From Lama guanicoe (taxonomy: Eukaryota): a stretch of 64,000 nucleotides of DNA. Location: NCBI GenBank assembly GCA_013239625.1, contig MU053934.1:5164399-5228398 (forward strand), written 5' to 3'. How positions within the stretch are numbered: the first letter of the stretch is position 1; every line of letters begins with the position of its first letter. Shown here one piece after another: positions 48,601 to 62,319 of this stretch. The translations under genes and the position numbers were made by a program. Under the pieces are notes generated by a model. The model saw only the letters and a program-made list of their open reading frames with translations. It was not told the DNA's origin and did no database searches.

Positions 48601-50761
48601 TCTTATTTTTAAACTGTTTTTCAGTCCCTCCATCTGTGTGCCAGAAAGGAAGCATTGGCATCTTTGGTATATGGCGTAAACTCAACTCTTGTTGTTCAGC
48701 TTTGAATGGCCATTTGTTATTCTCTATCGCCACTGGGACAGTCCTTTAAAAATAAACATCTAAAAATTGAAGCATAGACTCCTAAGGCCTTTCCAGCTCT
48801 CAGTTCTGCAAGAGACGCGGAAAGAGTGATGTGTGACGATGGGGCCTGTGGGTCTGCAGAGGAAGCCCCGCAGGGAGCAGTGGTAAGGGTGGGTGGGCCT
48901 CATGGGCCTCACCCTACCCAGCTGCCCCACAACTGAAGTTCTGGAGAAATTTAATTTTTATGACTCAGTATAATCATGACCTTTTGCCATTTAAACTGGA
49001 CAAGGTCCTGAGGCAACACAGATGAATGTACTTTGTCCTGCCCTCAAGGAATACCAGTCCAGCAGGGAAGATAACTCAGGTAAAGAACCAGTGGCTTTAC
49101 CTTGGTACTGTGTGTGTGATAGTTAGAACAAGTACCTGGTACTAAGTAGCCTGAGTATCTGCATTAGGGGAACCCTTATTTAAAGAAGCCAAATAATTAC
49201 TTCTTATTACTTTCTAGTTTCATTTGGATATTAGATTTTCTTTATGTGGCGCTTGGGATTTAAATGTGGGGCTTTGACCATCGTCTGGGAGGTGAGGCAG
49301 CACATGCTGATTGTTTCCTAGTGCAGGATTGTTTGAGGATTTATTCTAATCCGACTTCCCTCACCTGCTTCTTGTGATTAAGACTGGTGGTGGGGTGGGG
49401 TGGGGTGAATTGAAGCCATTTGGCCTGAAAAGGGATTTAACCCATGATGGTGACATTTTAATGTGTTTTGCTTTCTCCCTTCATATATTCAGCAGTCATT
49501 TATTATGCCAGGTGCTGCTGTAGGTGCTGGGGGAATCTAAGAATTAATTTGGTCGGCCCATTGTCCTGAGCAACCACTGGTTCATTTGTGGAAATATTTG
49601 CCAGCTGATGACTATCTAACCTACCACTTTGGGTTATGACTATGGTAACACTGTAGTTCTTTTCACCTGATGGTCTCCTTACTGATAATCAGGGAATGAA
49701 TGCTGATTTTTGCTTATGGTAGTTCTAGAGACTTTCATTTAAGGTTTGACAAGATAGTTCCTTTATCCTTTTTTTTTTTAGCCCTGCAAAAGTATTTCCT
49801 CAAAATTGTCATTTAAATGATCTCTGAGGACCCTGCCACTTAAGTCGCCTCCCTAGGTACTCTATCACATTCCTCAGTTTTGCTTTTTTTAAATATCCCT
49901 TGATTGTATCACCCTCTGAAATCACATTGTATGTGGTGCATCACTCCCCACAAAACCAGAAGCTTTCATGAGAGCAGACTTTGTTTTGCTCATTGCTCAG
50001 TCCCCAGCATCTAGAATTGGGCTTAGCACATGTAAGTGCTCAATAAAAAAGTATTTGAATTAGACCTGAGTGTAAGTCACCAAGACCAGTTATGTGACCT
50101 TAAGCCCCTGTTTCTTCATCAGTAACATGGAGACAATACATTGTCGTGAAGCATAAAGGAGACGCTATGCGTAAGGGCCAGCACCTAGCTTGTTGCTTAG
50201 TATTTCCTTCCCCTTTGCGCTCTCTCTTTGTTACATAAACCAGAAAGGCTGTTACGGCCCCACAGATGCCTTGATCCTCTCTCATGTTCCCAGCATCCTG
50301 GAGTGCGTGCACTGATTGCACTGAGCTTCAGCCTGGATGAGGACAGGAGCAGGGCTGAGTGTTTTCTTTTATTAAAGGCCCTACATTCCTATGGTCTGAT
50401 GTTGCCTCCTCATGCTCTCCAGTTTCCTCTAGGCTCTGCCTCTGTGATGTCTCCACGTTTGCTTGGCTGCTTTTTATGCATTCTGTGTTTTGCATCAGAG
50501 GTTCTCAACAGTTTCAAATGAATTGGTCTTAGAGTTTACAAGGCAAAGGGGAACGTAAAATACAATGTTTTCCCCTTTGTTTTCATCATTCTGAGCCTGC
50601 ACATGTTAACTCTATTTAACTACAGTATTAATAGTTTTGAGTCGAAAGAGATAAAATAAAAATTTAGGTCAATTGCCTGCTTTATACAACACAGTTGAAT
50701 TAATATAGATTACAGATAGCTTTCATTCATTGACTTTGGAATTTGTTTTAAAAAATTTTAT

Positions 50762-52520
50762 CTATTCATTCATTCGACAAATAATTACTGAATACCTATT
50801 CCATGCCAGATATTGGGATAGGTGCTAGCACAGGAGTATGAAGATTTTTGCCAGGTACCGTTACTGAGGTTATACAGAATTGACAGGAGGGGCTGGCCAG
50901 TCCTCAGGGTGTTTGGTAATTGCAAAAGAGGGACACCCATCCTAAATAGAGGGACCAGCTCATGCAAGGGCGCTGAGGCAAGAGAGGACTTTGGAGAACC
51001 GCATATAGAGTACTTGGACACGCTTGGAGTGTGATGTGTGTGAGGGAAGAGATAATCTGGGAAATGAGAAGTGGAGATGAAAAGGTGAACACTAGCCAGA
51101 TGCCAAAGAGTTTGTAGGTCATGTTTGGAAGTCTTTATCTTTAGAACAATTAAAGGTTTTCAGCAGGAATTTCACCTGTTCAGATTGGATTTTTGAAAGA
51201 TATGTTCTAGTTGTACAGTAGAAAATGACTGGAGAGTTGAGTATAAGACCAGATAGTATTACAGTAATCAGGTAACGGTGGCCTGGACTACAGAGACAGC
51301 AGAATTGTGAAGAAGTGGATAGATCTGGAGACATTTAGGAAGACTGTTTCACAGGACCTGATCGTTGAGTATGAGAAGGCAAGGGTTGGGGAAATAAAAC
51401 ATGGCACCTCTGTCTCTGGCTTGGGCTACTTACTGATGAGATGGGATACCATTCGCTGAGTTAGGGTTCATTTAGATGAGAGACAGGTGTGGGGTTGAGA
51501 TAATGAGTTCAGTTTTGGAGTTATTGAATCTTGGGACATCTAAATGAAGGTCTGCATTAATTACATACCTGGCTGGAGATAATGATTTGAGAATCATCAG
51601 TAGTCCCAAGTTTACCAGAATTTTCCTTTTTAAGTTGATTTCTTTGGAAAGATGGCCAAAGATGGCAGTGTGCAGCACAAGTGCTATTGGATATTGTTTA
51701 AAAGGACAATATTTTATAAAGAATGTAAGACCATAGACATGCTCTCATTACTACAGTGGTTGCCATTAGAAATACAAGAGGAGTTTGAGGGAGGAGAAAG
51801 GCTAATTTTAGCTGGGTTGATCAGTGGAGGCTTTATGAGGACCTTGTATTTAAGCTGAGCCTTTAAAAGATCGGGCAGAACTGTGAAGAGTAGACTTGAG
51901 GGCAGAGCATTGCAGCTGGAGGATTAGTTGTGTTTGGGGGGATTGGAGGGAGGTTGGGTGTCTATAGGAGGGCTGGGACGCCTGCTGAGGAGTTTGGATT
52001 GCCTTGGGAGATAGTGGGGACCTGTTGAAAGTCTGATAGCAATGGATGAAAGTGGTATTTTGAGAATACTAATATAACAGTGGGGCAGAGGAGGACTGGT
52101 GAGGGTAGGGTTGGGGAAGGTGAGGACTGAGGGGAGAATTGAGAGACAGGAAGGTCAGTTCGAAGGCTGCAGCAGAAAAGCCTGTGATGAAAGGGCCTCA
52201 TAAGACGGACACTGGGCCTGGAAGAGAGACCAGGGTCTCCAGGTTTTCAAGGTGAATGATGCAAATCTTCAGCAGCAATGAAGATGAGGAATTCAAGTCA
52301 GACATACTGAGTTTAAGAAGTTGGTGGGATTTGCAGATGGAACTGGTTAGCGGGCAGCTGGCAGTGTGGAGCTGAAGCTTGAGAAAGAGGTCAGAAGTGG
52401 AGATAAAGAGTTGGAAGTCATCCACGTAGAAGTGATAGTCGAAGCTGAGAGTGGATGAGGTCATCATAGAAGTGAAGAGAATAGAAAAGAGAACCGAGAA
52501 TGGGCCTTGGGGACAGGAAG
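50762..52520 (-). mobile_element. Cluster of L2 fragments
   Basis: ATTCATTCATTCGACAAATAATTACTGAATACCTA start; TGAGTTCAGTTTTGGA; GAGAAAGAGGTCAGAAGTGGAGATAAAGAGTTGGAAGTCATC. Confidence 0.7.
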
Positions 52521-52759
52521 AGAAAGAGGACCTGAGAGAGGATGAAAGAAAGGTGGTTGTGCAGGACAGGCATTAGTCACTGAAGATGAGGGGAGGACTT
52601 CTCCATCTCAGATGTGGTCAGCAGGTTTTGATACTGTACAGGAAGAATAGTCTTTGGTTATGGCAGCGTCCCCAAACCTGGTGTTGGACGGTGTGCCACA
52701 GGGACAGGCTTGGGAATCATTCAGTAGAAACAGACTGTGTTACTTTCGTTTTCCAGGAG

Positions 52760-53197
52760 TCACATTGAAAAAGTAAAAAGAAACAGGTAAAATTAATTTT
52801 AATACTATATATTTAACGCAATATTTGCAAAATATTGTCAATTCAACAGGTAATAGATTTAAAAATATTAATGAGATACTTGGCATTCTTTTTTTTTCAT
52901 ACTAAGTTTTTAAAATTTGGTGGGTGTTTTATACTTGTAACACATTTCAGTTTGAATGTGAAATTTTCATGGGAAATGTTTGATCTGTATTTAGATTTGA
53001 TAAAATTTAGAGTTGAAAAAGTACATTCACGTACCCAAGTTTTTCCAGACATATTAAAGTTTTCCAGTGATGGAAATGTTATCAATTTTAAAATTGAAAG
53101 TAATTAAACTGAAATACAGTTGAAAATTCAGTTTCTCAGTCACAGTAGTCTTACTAAAATTGCACACTAGCCATGTGTGGCTATCAGATTGGACAGG
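52760..53197. mobile_element. hAT-Charlie relic (MER33/Charlie1-like)
   Basis: AAAAAGTAAAAAGAAACAGGTAAAATTAATTTTAAT...CTAGCCATGTGTGGCTA...ATTGGACAG. Confidence 0.7.
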
Positions 53198-56099
53198 GAA
53201 GGTTTGTGCCAAGTAAGATAGGCTACCTTACAGCTCATGTGCCCTTTGAAAATAGTCACGAAGCATTTTTAACATCACAAAGCATTTCACAGGATTGGTG
53301 TTACTTAGAACGCATGTTGGCTTATGCTAATGAAATTTTTACAATTGGAAGGGTCAAATCCTAATTTTGCATGTAAGGCAATGAACTTTTTATGCATAGA
53401 GTCTAAAATTTAAAACAGGAATTAAAAACTTGTTTTGGCTAAGGTCAGCAGGATGGTCCCTTGGTAGACGTTCTTAAACATACCAGATCATGTATTTCAG
53501 AAATTCTAGGTATGGTCGCTTACATCTAAAAACAGATTCAGTTGAGGGGTAGGAGCAATCCCGCCCCCTTTTTGAACTCTGGAGTCTGTGGGATGATGGT
53601 TTCAGGTGGGGAGGTATGAAGTTAGGAAGGATTCCATTGTTCTCTGAAACTTTCAGTCAGTGGTCCAATCCCAGCCTTCTAGCAGGGGTGGAGGTGTGTG
53701 AGGGGAAGGGGGTTCCAAAGAGGTCATAGTTTTGTCGTTGAATCTCACTTCTCTTCGGCGATCTGCAGGCTGTTTGGCCATAGACTGTTACACTCACTTT
53801 GTATTTCTTGACATCCTGGGCCAGTATAATATTTAGTAAATATGGAGTGGTTTATAAAAAAAAGCAGGTTCAAAGATTTTTATTTAGTTACCTCATTGAT
53901 TTATACTGCTTTGTAGTTGCAGTTATACCTTCTAAATAATAACCTTTAAAGATAGAAATGATCTTGAGTTGTGCTTGGAACCAAACCGTGTTCACTCTGC
54001 AAAGTAAGCATTGGTTTTGGGTTGCTGCACAATTTCATTTCAGCAGATGTAGAGGACCTTATTTTTCTCTGAAGTGCCTTGTAAAAGTTTGGGGTGTCGG
54101 CTATTCCATGACATACTGTTTTGGTTTTTGTCTTTTAAACCAGTATGATAATTAATCCCCTACATTATTGTTTTCCTTTAGAGGTGCATTTTGGTTATCA
54201 ATGCCTTTGTGAAAAACCAGACTGTGCAGTGGTGGGCTTATTACATAATGCCCTTTAATGGCTTAATAAGGCCAGGGACCTAGTGGAAGATCCCTTGCCC
54301 CCTCCCAGGAGCCCAGAGCAGTGAGTCTTGTGCCTCTCGGTGCCATTGTTTTTTTACCCCTTTTCTTGCAGAAAATAATTGCTGTTCTTTTTATGCCAAG
54401 AAGTTCCTATTTATAAGCTGAAGTTAGACAGCTAATTGGGTAGCTTAGAATAGTGGCTTTCAAACTTTTTGATTGAATATACACTAAGAAATACAATTTG
54501 CATTGACACCTTGCACATACATGAAGTGTACACTGAAGCAAAAGTATTTACTTTTAGATACTCTGTGATATATTCTATTCTGATATGTCCATTTCAAATC
54601 CAATGTGTACAACAAAAAGAAAAACAAGAAATGCTGATCCTGACCATTATGTTGATTTAATGATCCACTCTGGATTGTCTCAATGAGGTTTAAAGAAATT
54701 TTAGGGAACTACTCAAGGGTGGCCATAGTCAAGGATATGAACCGCGGTTTTGCAGGTCTTGAGAATCAAATTTACCAGACCATTCAGCTATCATATCAAC
54801 CAAATTCATAAATGACTTTTTAAAATATTGGTTTGTTACTTCAGCATGTCGGAGATGGATATTTTTGATGACCAGAATGTTGTCCTCCCTTACAAGTGCA
54901 GAGCATTCCATTTGAATCAGAAGAAGTTGGCCACCCATATTGAGGAATGGAGATGTATGTATGTTTTCCCCCTAGATTTTAGAGAAACTGAAGTAGAAGA
55001 CACCCTATTACTGAATTATGTATTTTCTCCTAGAAAGGCCCCGTGGAAAACACTGCCATACTCTCTTTTTTTGGAAGGACTGGGGGAGAGTTGATTCCCT
55101 GCCCCTTTTCCAGGTTTCAGGAAAACACATTTCCACTAATTAACACATTCTGTTTTCAGACACACTTCAATACATTTGATTAGTTCAGCATTTCCCAGTT
55201 TGTCAGGGTACTAATAGATTTGCCTGCAAAAAAAAAAAAATTCCTTTCCTGAATTAAACTGGTCTTTGCTTACTACAAAAGGACTTACGAGTCTTTAAGA
55301 TGCAGGTACGCATGGGGAACCTTAAGTGTTGTGTCTATATAAAATCTTGAAGTACCAGGGTTTTTATTTTTGCTTTTTAGGCACAATTTGGGGAAATGCA
55401 TGGTGTGCTTTCCATTTTAATTATTCCTTTCTAAAACTACATCCTCGTCAAGCAGGCTGGATTTGGCTGTTTTCCCAAGTCTCTGCAGACACTTTAACAT
55501 GGTGGTTCCCAGTCTTGAGTTATAGCTCCCAGGGAGCTATAACATTGCAAAAACAATATTGGGATCTAACATGAGTGACCAGTTTTAAATTTGTCAAGTA
55601 AAGGTGTTTTTAAAACCCACTATTACCATCATTTCAAAAGAAAAAACATTGTAATGTAAGAGTAGAATGGACAGTCTCAGTTTAAGAGACATCTTACTAT
55701 GTTGGTTGCTTTATGAAGACTATTACATAGGGAATGTAGATCAGCGCAGGTACTAAAGTTCAGCGTTTGGAACCACGCTAATTATAGACCGTCTCATCGC
55801 ATGTATGACGGTTAACTATGCGCTTGCTGGTTTTATTAGCCTCACTCATAGGAATAAACCTTACTTCAAGTTCTGGAACTACCCTCCTTCATTCTTATTT
55901 ACTGACAGTGATGCCGGTCACTGTGTAACAGTGACTCACACTTTAAAAAAAATTACTTTGCTCTCTCTGAATATACTGTAAACAGGTAACCATTGTACTT
56001 TAAGGAAAAAAAGCCAACTCCACTGGGTGCTGAGCAGTTGTAGAATCTAGAATAATAGTCAAAACCAATAGTAAAGTTTATCAGATTTAATGAAGTATA

Positions 56100-56301
56100 C
56101 AGTTGACCCTTTAACAATGAGAGAGTTGGGGGTGCCAAGCTCTGTGCAGTTGAAAGTCCCAATGTAATTTTACAGTCAGCCCTCTGTTTCCATAGTTCTG
56201 CATCTGTGGATTCAACCAACTGTTAAATATTTACTACTGGAAAAAATCCGTGTATAAGTGGACCTGCGCAGGTCAAACCATAGTTGTTCAAGGGTCAACT
56301 A
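56100..56301 (+). mobile_element. MER8-like (Tigger2-derived) MITE
   Basis: TA + CAGTTGACCCTTTAACAA ... TTGTTCAAGGGTCAACTA + TA. Confidence 0.85.
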
Positions 56302-56799
56302 TATATTCATGGTGATTATATAAAAGTGACAGGCAGGTCACAGAACTAAGTAATATTACTTTGTATGTTTTTGCCAGCCTGTTGGCTCTTTGTGAGTTGT
56401 GAATAATGGCCATGGAGATTTTCTGTCATATTATGTACATTTTTATTTCTACTTCCATCATTCTACTCTGACATTTTAAATGACAAAGACCTTAAATCTG
56501 GTAACTGCACATCAAATGTCCACTCTGTCTTTAGTGAGAGAAAGTGCTTTTTAGATGCACTTTACTCCTTTAATCCAGAGGAGCGTGACCAGCAGCTCCC
56601 TGGCCTGCCCTGCTGTGATAATGCTATCAGCTGGTTGTAGGAGTGGCAGTCCCAGCAAGGGCTTTGAATCTTCATCTTCAGAGTCCTGGGACAGAGAGAG
56701 GAGGAGGGGAGAGGTTGGGGTTAGCAGTGTAGGTTGGGTGTTTGGAAGCAGTAACTAGCTGGGTAGACTTGAGTGAGCAGGATATATTCTACATCCTGT

Positions 56800-57900
56800 G
56801 CACTTGGAAAATTTTGTTTATTACCTACGTATGTATCAGGCACTGTACAGTGTTGGGAATAGAACAAAGATAAAAAGACCTGACTTTTATCTTTGGATCT
56901 CAACCAGTAATGTGAGGCTGCCTGTAATAAAGGGAGAGGTATGATGCCAAGGGATCCTAGGGGTTGGAGACAGAGATGAGGGGACTGGGGAAGTCTACCC
57001 TGAGAAAGAAGCATTTGAATTGAGTCTTAAAGGGAAATTGGAAGTTGCTTTGTGGCGGATGGTGGGGGAAGGGGTTGGTAAGTAGATCAGGGCTGATTTA
57101 ACGTAATAGTTAAGAGCTGAGGTTCTGAAGTCAGGATAGTCATGTGGTTAGGTCAGCCCAGTGTTGGGTAAGTAATATCTGTGTGCCGCGGCTTTCTCAC
57201 TGGTAAAATGGGGAGTAATAATAGTACCTCTTATTGCCTGGAGTCAGTGGTAGCTCCTGTTTTCATAATTTTTATTGCTAGCATTTCAGGCAGAGGAAGT
57301 GGCATAAACAAAGACAAGGAGCTAGGGAGTGGGGGAGTATGGGAAATGGTGAGGTATTAGTGGGAGACAGTGTAGGCCGTCTGGAGCAGAGTAGAAGGGT
57401 TGGTTGGGTTTTGTGTTCTAAGAAATTTGAGTTTTATCTTGTAGACAGCAGTTTTGAAAACTCCACTGTCTTCAGTTGATCTCCGTGTTGAGGATCTGAT
57501 ACAGGAGGAGAGATTGGGGACAATCAGCAAGAGGAGTGATTGGAGAATGTAAATTAAGTTAGTGATGGTAAAGATGGAAACACCAGATGTTAGGAACACT
57601 TGTGAAGTGAATTCATTGGATATGATGAGAATGATGGAGGAGTTGTGGATAGGTCCCAGGCTGGGTGAACAGGTGATGCCAGGGATTGAGATGGGCATAT
57701 GGTGGGCGGAGCAGAGGTTCTGAGTCTGTAGAAGGGTGAGGATGGGGACTGATGGGCTGTACGTTTGCTTTGGACATGTTTTAGATGTTTGCTGGACATT
57801 TAATATAACCTGGCAGGTGGAAATAAGGGCCAGGAGCTCCAGAGAGAAGTTTGAGAGCCATCCATTAACATATAGAGACGATCTTCTAGGCCATGGTGGT
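56800..57900 (-). mobile_element. L2 fragments with nested MIR (~57100-57290)
   Basis: TTTGCTTTGGACATGTTTTAGATG; MIR core GCTTTCTCACTGGTAAAATGGGGAGTAATAATAGTACCT. Confidence 0.65.
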
Positions 57901-58822
57901 GACAGTGCTCTCTTAGCAGACGATTAGAGGAGTGGGATGAAAACAGGAAAAGGGGTGGTGCAAGAGAAACCCAGACAGGAAGGGGTTTAGGGAAGTAAAG
58001 GATGGTTATCAGGGCCAATGCCACAGGGGGTTGGCTGAGATAAGCCCTGAGCGTGGGCAGTTAGGCTTGGCCTTCAGGAGCTCAGTGCAACAGGTTCAGG
58101 GCTCCATGAGGCCCGGCACATGGTGGTTTGTCATGCTCACCACTGTCTGTCGCATTGGGAAGTCTCCCTGTGGGTTTCAGGTTTCTTCCTGTCACTATGG
58201 TGAGCAGCTCTAGGGCAGGAAGTAATTGTGCTACCTCTGTAACCCCAGCACCTGACACACACACAGTGAATGCTCAGTGAGCATTTGTGAAATGAATCAA
58301 GGATGACTTGGATTGACTCAACAAGTATTTATCAAGTGCCTTATGTGTTTCAGGAGCTATGCTGGTCTCGGGATAAAACAGTGAGCAAGACAGATAAAAA
58401 TCCCTACCCTTCTAGGGCTTATATTCTAAAGCAGGAATCAGAAGGCTAAGGGGGAAGGAACAAGTAGAGAAGTAACTATCGAAGGTAGGAGATGAGAGCT
58501 CTGTAGCCATGAACATCCTGGTGCCCAGGAGGCATCTAATGAGCTAGTTGGCTTGAACATGGAAGGGAGCCGGTTTGCAGAGAATTGAGGTGTGGGAAGA
58601 GATTTGCTGAGTAGACGAAAGTTTAGCCTTAGAGTGGGAAGAGTAAGTTTAGAGATGGAGAGAAGGATATTTGAGGGAGTTCCCCCTGGGAGACATTCAC
58701 CTCTGAATGGGAGTCGCTTCTCTCTGTAGAACTAGGAGATGAAGTCAGATTGGAAAAGGCCTGCAGAAAGAACCATCTGCCAGCTCTAGGACCTTAGGTG
58801 AGAGGAGATCCTTCCTTCCTTT

Positions 58823-58930
58823 TCTTTTTTTTTACATTGAAGTACCGTCAGTTATAATGTGTCAATTTCTGGTGTACATCACAATATCCCAGTCATGCAT
58901 ATGCATACATATATTCGTTTTCATATTCTT
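58823..58930 (-). mobile_element. Very short L1 3'-terminal fragment
   Basis: Poly-T then reverse complement similar to the 3' end of the L1 at 27380-27460 (GTGTCAATTTCTGGTGTA...CCCAGTCATGCATAT). Confidence 0.8.
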
Positions 58931-59194
58931 GATGTTTGCAATGGCAGTGATCTTTGGCTGTGCAGCAAGTCAAGATGAAGAACACAGTGAGTTGGGGTTC
59001 ATCTGAGGCTGAGTGAGGACTGGCCTAGATAGGGAGTGTGGGAGAGCCAGGGGGTGAAGTCTTCAGGGAATACTGGTGAATGTTCCCAGGAGTCCAGGTT
59101 GGGAGTAAGATAAGACCAGAATCAGGTGAATAAACTGAAAGAATAGAAGAAAGGGTCTGGGTTGGAGGAGGTGAGAACTTACAAATTAGAGGGG

Positions 59195-59410
59195 AAAGAT
59201 AATATTATTTCCTGTGTGCTTCCTACAGTGAACGCCAGGCCTGCTGTGCTAAATGCTTTATATATGTTAACGTTTCGTCTTCATGACGACCCTGTGAGCT
59301 AACTGCTACAGAGAAGTTAAGTATCTTGCCTAAGGCTGCACAGGTAGGAAGCGACCTGGACAGCCTTGGCTACTGAGTTCGTGTACTTGAGCACTATGGC
59401 CTCCTGCCTT
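59195..59410 (-). mobile_element. MIR SINE
   Basis: GCTAAATGCTTTATATATG...GAGAAGTTAAGTATCTTGCCTAAGGCTGCACAG. Confidence 0.7.
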
Positions 59411-62319
59411 GGCAAGAAGTCAAACACGAAGGCTTCTCTCAGGCCAGGTAGCTTTGCAGTGGCTTCCTGAACTCACTGAGCCATCCTTCCTTCTCTTGGG
59501 GTAGCATGGAAGGGACCTGTGGACTCTCCCCTCCCTTTTAAAAAATAAGTATATTTTAGGCAGCAGTGTATTTTATACAGAACTCTGTTTTCCCCACCTG
59601 CCTTGCTCATGCCCAAACGTCCTTTAATAGGAAACAAAGAAGATTTCACAATGAGAGAAGACTTGACATGTAGATCAGTCTCTGAGCTCTCTGCACCATA
59701 GCGCCTTCTCTACCTCCTCATCCTCCTTCACCTAAACTGAGAAGAGAAGCCAGAGGAGCTGGCACTTCCACCAGTTGGAAGGGTGGAGAGACTGAAGAAA
59801 AGCTTGGCTGATGTGTGGTGCCTAAAAGCAGGGGAGGCTGGCTGTGTTGCCTGATGCAGAAATATTGGTACTGTCTGTAGTGGCTGGGGGTTATAATTCC
59901 TAGTTCGACAAACAAGACTGTCTTCTCTTCCTGGGGAGAGCCCCCGTGTGTTTTCGGTGACATGGGCTTTTCTGGATAACTAGTTGGACTTCTGTTAGGT
60001 AAGGAATTTAGCCCCTGGCCCTGTGCCCTCCACCTGTGTGAGGCCTGTGACATATCACTCAGAGTCTAGGCCCTCTGCAAAACCGCGGAGAAACACTCTT
60101 TGACCTTTGCTTGGAAGCCATTTGGAAGCACAGAGACTTTGCAGATGAAACATGTAGACAACTTTATCCTTCTGGGTGAAGAAAGAATTATTTGCAGAGA
60201 CAACAGTGTATAATCATGGTACCTCAGCATTCTGTTTGCATTCTTTTAACATCTGGTTTTGCTCTTGAAGCAGTTTGGAAGGAATGCCACTATATCATCA
60301 TTCTGTCAATGTAAACTAATTTTCATGATTTTCAAAGAAACAACACACCAGAACTGTGTAGTTTTACATGCCAGAAAAGCTTAGATATTTCAAATACTGC
60401 ATATACAGAGCAAATAGATCACCTAGCATTATTTGCTGGCAGTTTTTAGGTTCACTCCTGATCCTGGTATTTTCTATTGAGCTCATGTCTTACCTGCTGG
60501 GACATTTGCATTTCTGCTTGGCTCACTACTGGGGACTAGCATTTTGTCTTTGTCTTTTTTTTTCCCCCCAACACTGCTAGAAAGGTCCACAGTGTATTAA
60601 CACCTTTGGTTTTTAAAATTGCTTACCTCTAATGAATTTTTAATAACGTGATCTTGTTTTGTCAGATATTAAATCTTAATATTTAGTCGTCGGTACTTGA
60701 CAGAGCTGGTTAGGCTAAAAAAAAAAACCAGATAAGCCATCACTGAGACAGTGCCTTCAATAGTCCCAGTGCCCTCAGGCCAGGATTAGTGGGGGTCTCT
60801 GTGACTAGTTGGTATATTTATTTGGAAGTTAAAGTAGAAAATATAGCCTATTTATTCCTCATTTCTTCCTCCTCTGAATACAGATTCTGTTCTCCTGGGT
60901 AAGAAATAAGTTCATTGCTCGTTTTTAGGTCATAGGGCTCTTGCTGCTGCTTTTGCATGTTTCCCTTGTTTTGGTCAGTGGCAGTGATAGGCAAACACAG
61001 CGTAAGCGAGCAGTTATAGCGCACGTTCTTCTGCATGCAGGTTCTCACTGAGGTTCTGTGCGACCAAATTGAAAAACACTGCTTTGAATCATACTGAGTC
61101 TTTCCGTGAGGATCTGGGGGAAAAGGACATGACCTCATATTCATTAAGTGCCTGTTATATAATAAGTACTTCCCATGCCCTCATTTAGTCCTCATGACAA
61201 CCCGATGTGGCGAATGGTTTCATCTTCATAAAAAAGATGGAGTGCCCCAAAGCTTAGTAACTGGTCTGAGACCACTGAACGAGGAATTGGAGGAACTGGT
61301 GCTCTGACTCCAGAATGTGTTCTCTCCCCAAGCCTTCTTAAATGCAGCACAGAATCATTTGTTAGTTCGTGCTGAATCCCTGTTTTGTAAAATGGAGTGT
61401 CTTAAATAAAATATGCAATCAAATGATGGGAACTGATGGCTTGTACAGGGATCCTCAGCACTGCATTCATAATAAGTAACAACGAGCACGGTGAGGTGGG
61501 TACTGATGGTCTGCAGAGCAGGAGGTCTTTGGAGACAGTCCTGGATGGCCGTTGAAAGGCATTTTTCTTTTTGAGCAGCACGATAGATTAAGAAAGAGAA
61601 ATTACTGAGTGGTTAAAAACTTTATTTCAGGTGATTAATTGAAAAGCCAAACTGATGAATAAATTAGAGACATTTTTAAAAGGATCTTAACTGTATTGTG
61701 TTTAAATAGTAATTCTTAAAGTGTAATCAAATGGAGGACTTATCAAAGCTATAATGAAGAAAATAGAAATCGTTTGTAATTAGACAGTAATTAAAGGCAA
61801 GTACATGCCCAATGATTTTTAAAGTGCTTGAAAACAATTACTTTTCTGAAGTAGGTTAAACATCTGGGTTACAAGCTTGTTTACACTATTAATTTACTTA
61901 ACAAACCTGTTCTTCAGAGATGATGCAAAAGTGCATTTAGCTTGACTGTCTGAATTATCACAAGTTCCAATTTAATGCATATTCTTTTTAAAAAATTACT
62001 TTACATTCAAATTTTTAAACTCTTATTCTTCTCTTCCTCTTCTCCTTCTTAAGCAATTTGGTTATAAAACCTCCTAGGTAGACAGAGAAGATAGTAGCCT
62101 GGTTGGGGTGTCAGAGCCCAAGTAGGATGTGGAGGCCTTCACATGCAAGGAGGGCCTGGTGTGGTGTATCAGACCTCAAGAGAGGTGAGAAGGACATCCG
62201 TGTGGGGTTGGGGTGGCAGGAGGAGGATTGATCAAACAAGTATGTACATTAAGGGTAGTGGGAACCAGCAACTCTCACTGTTGGAGAGGGAGTTACAAAT
62301 AATGAGAGCGAGAAAACTA

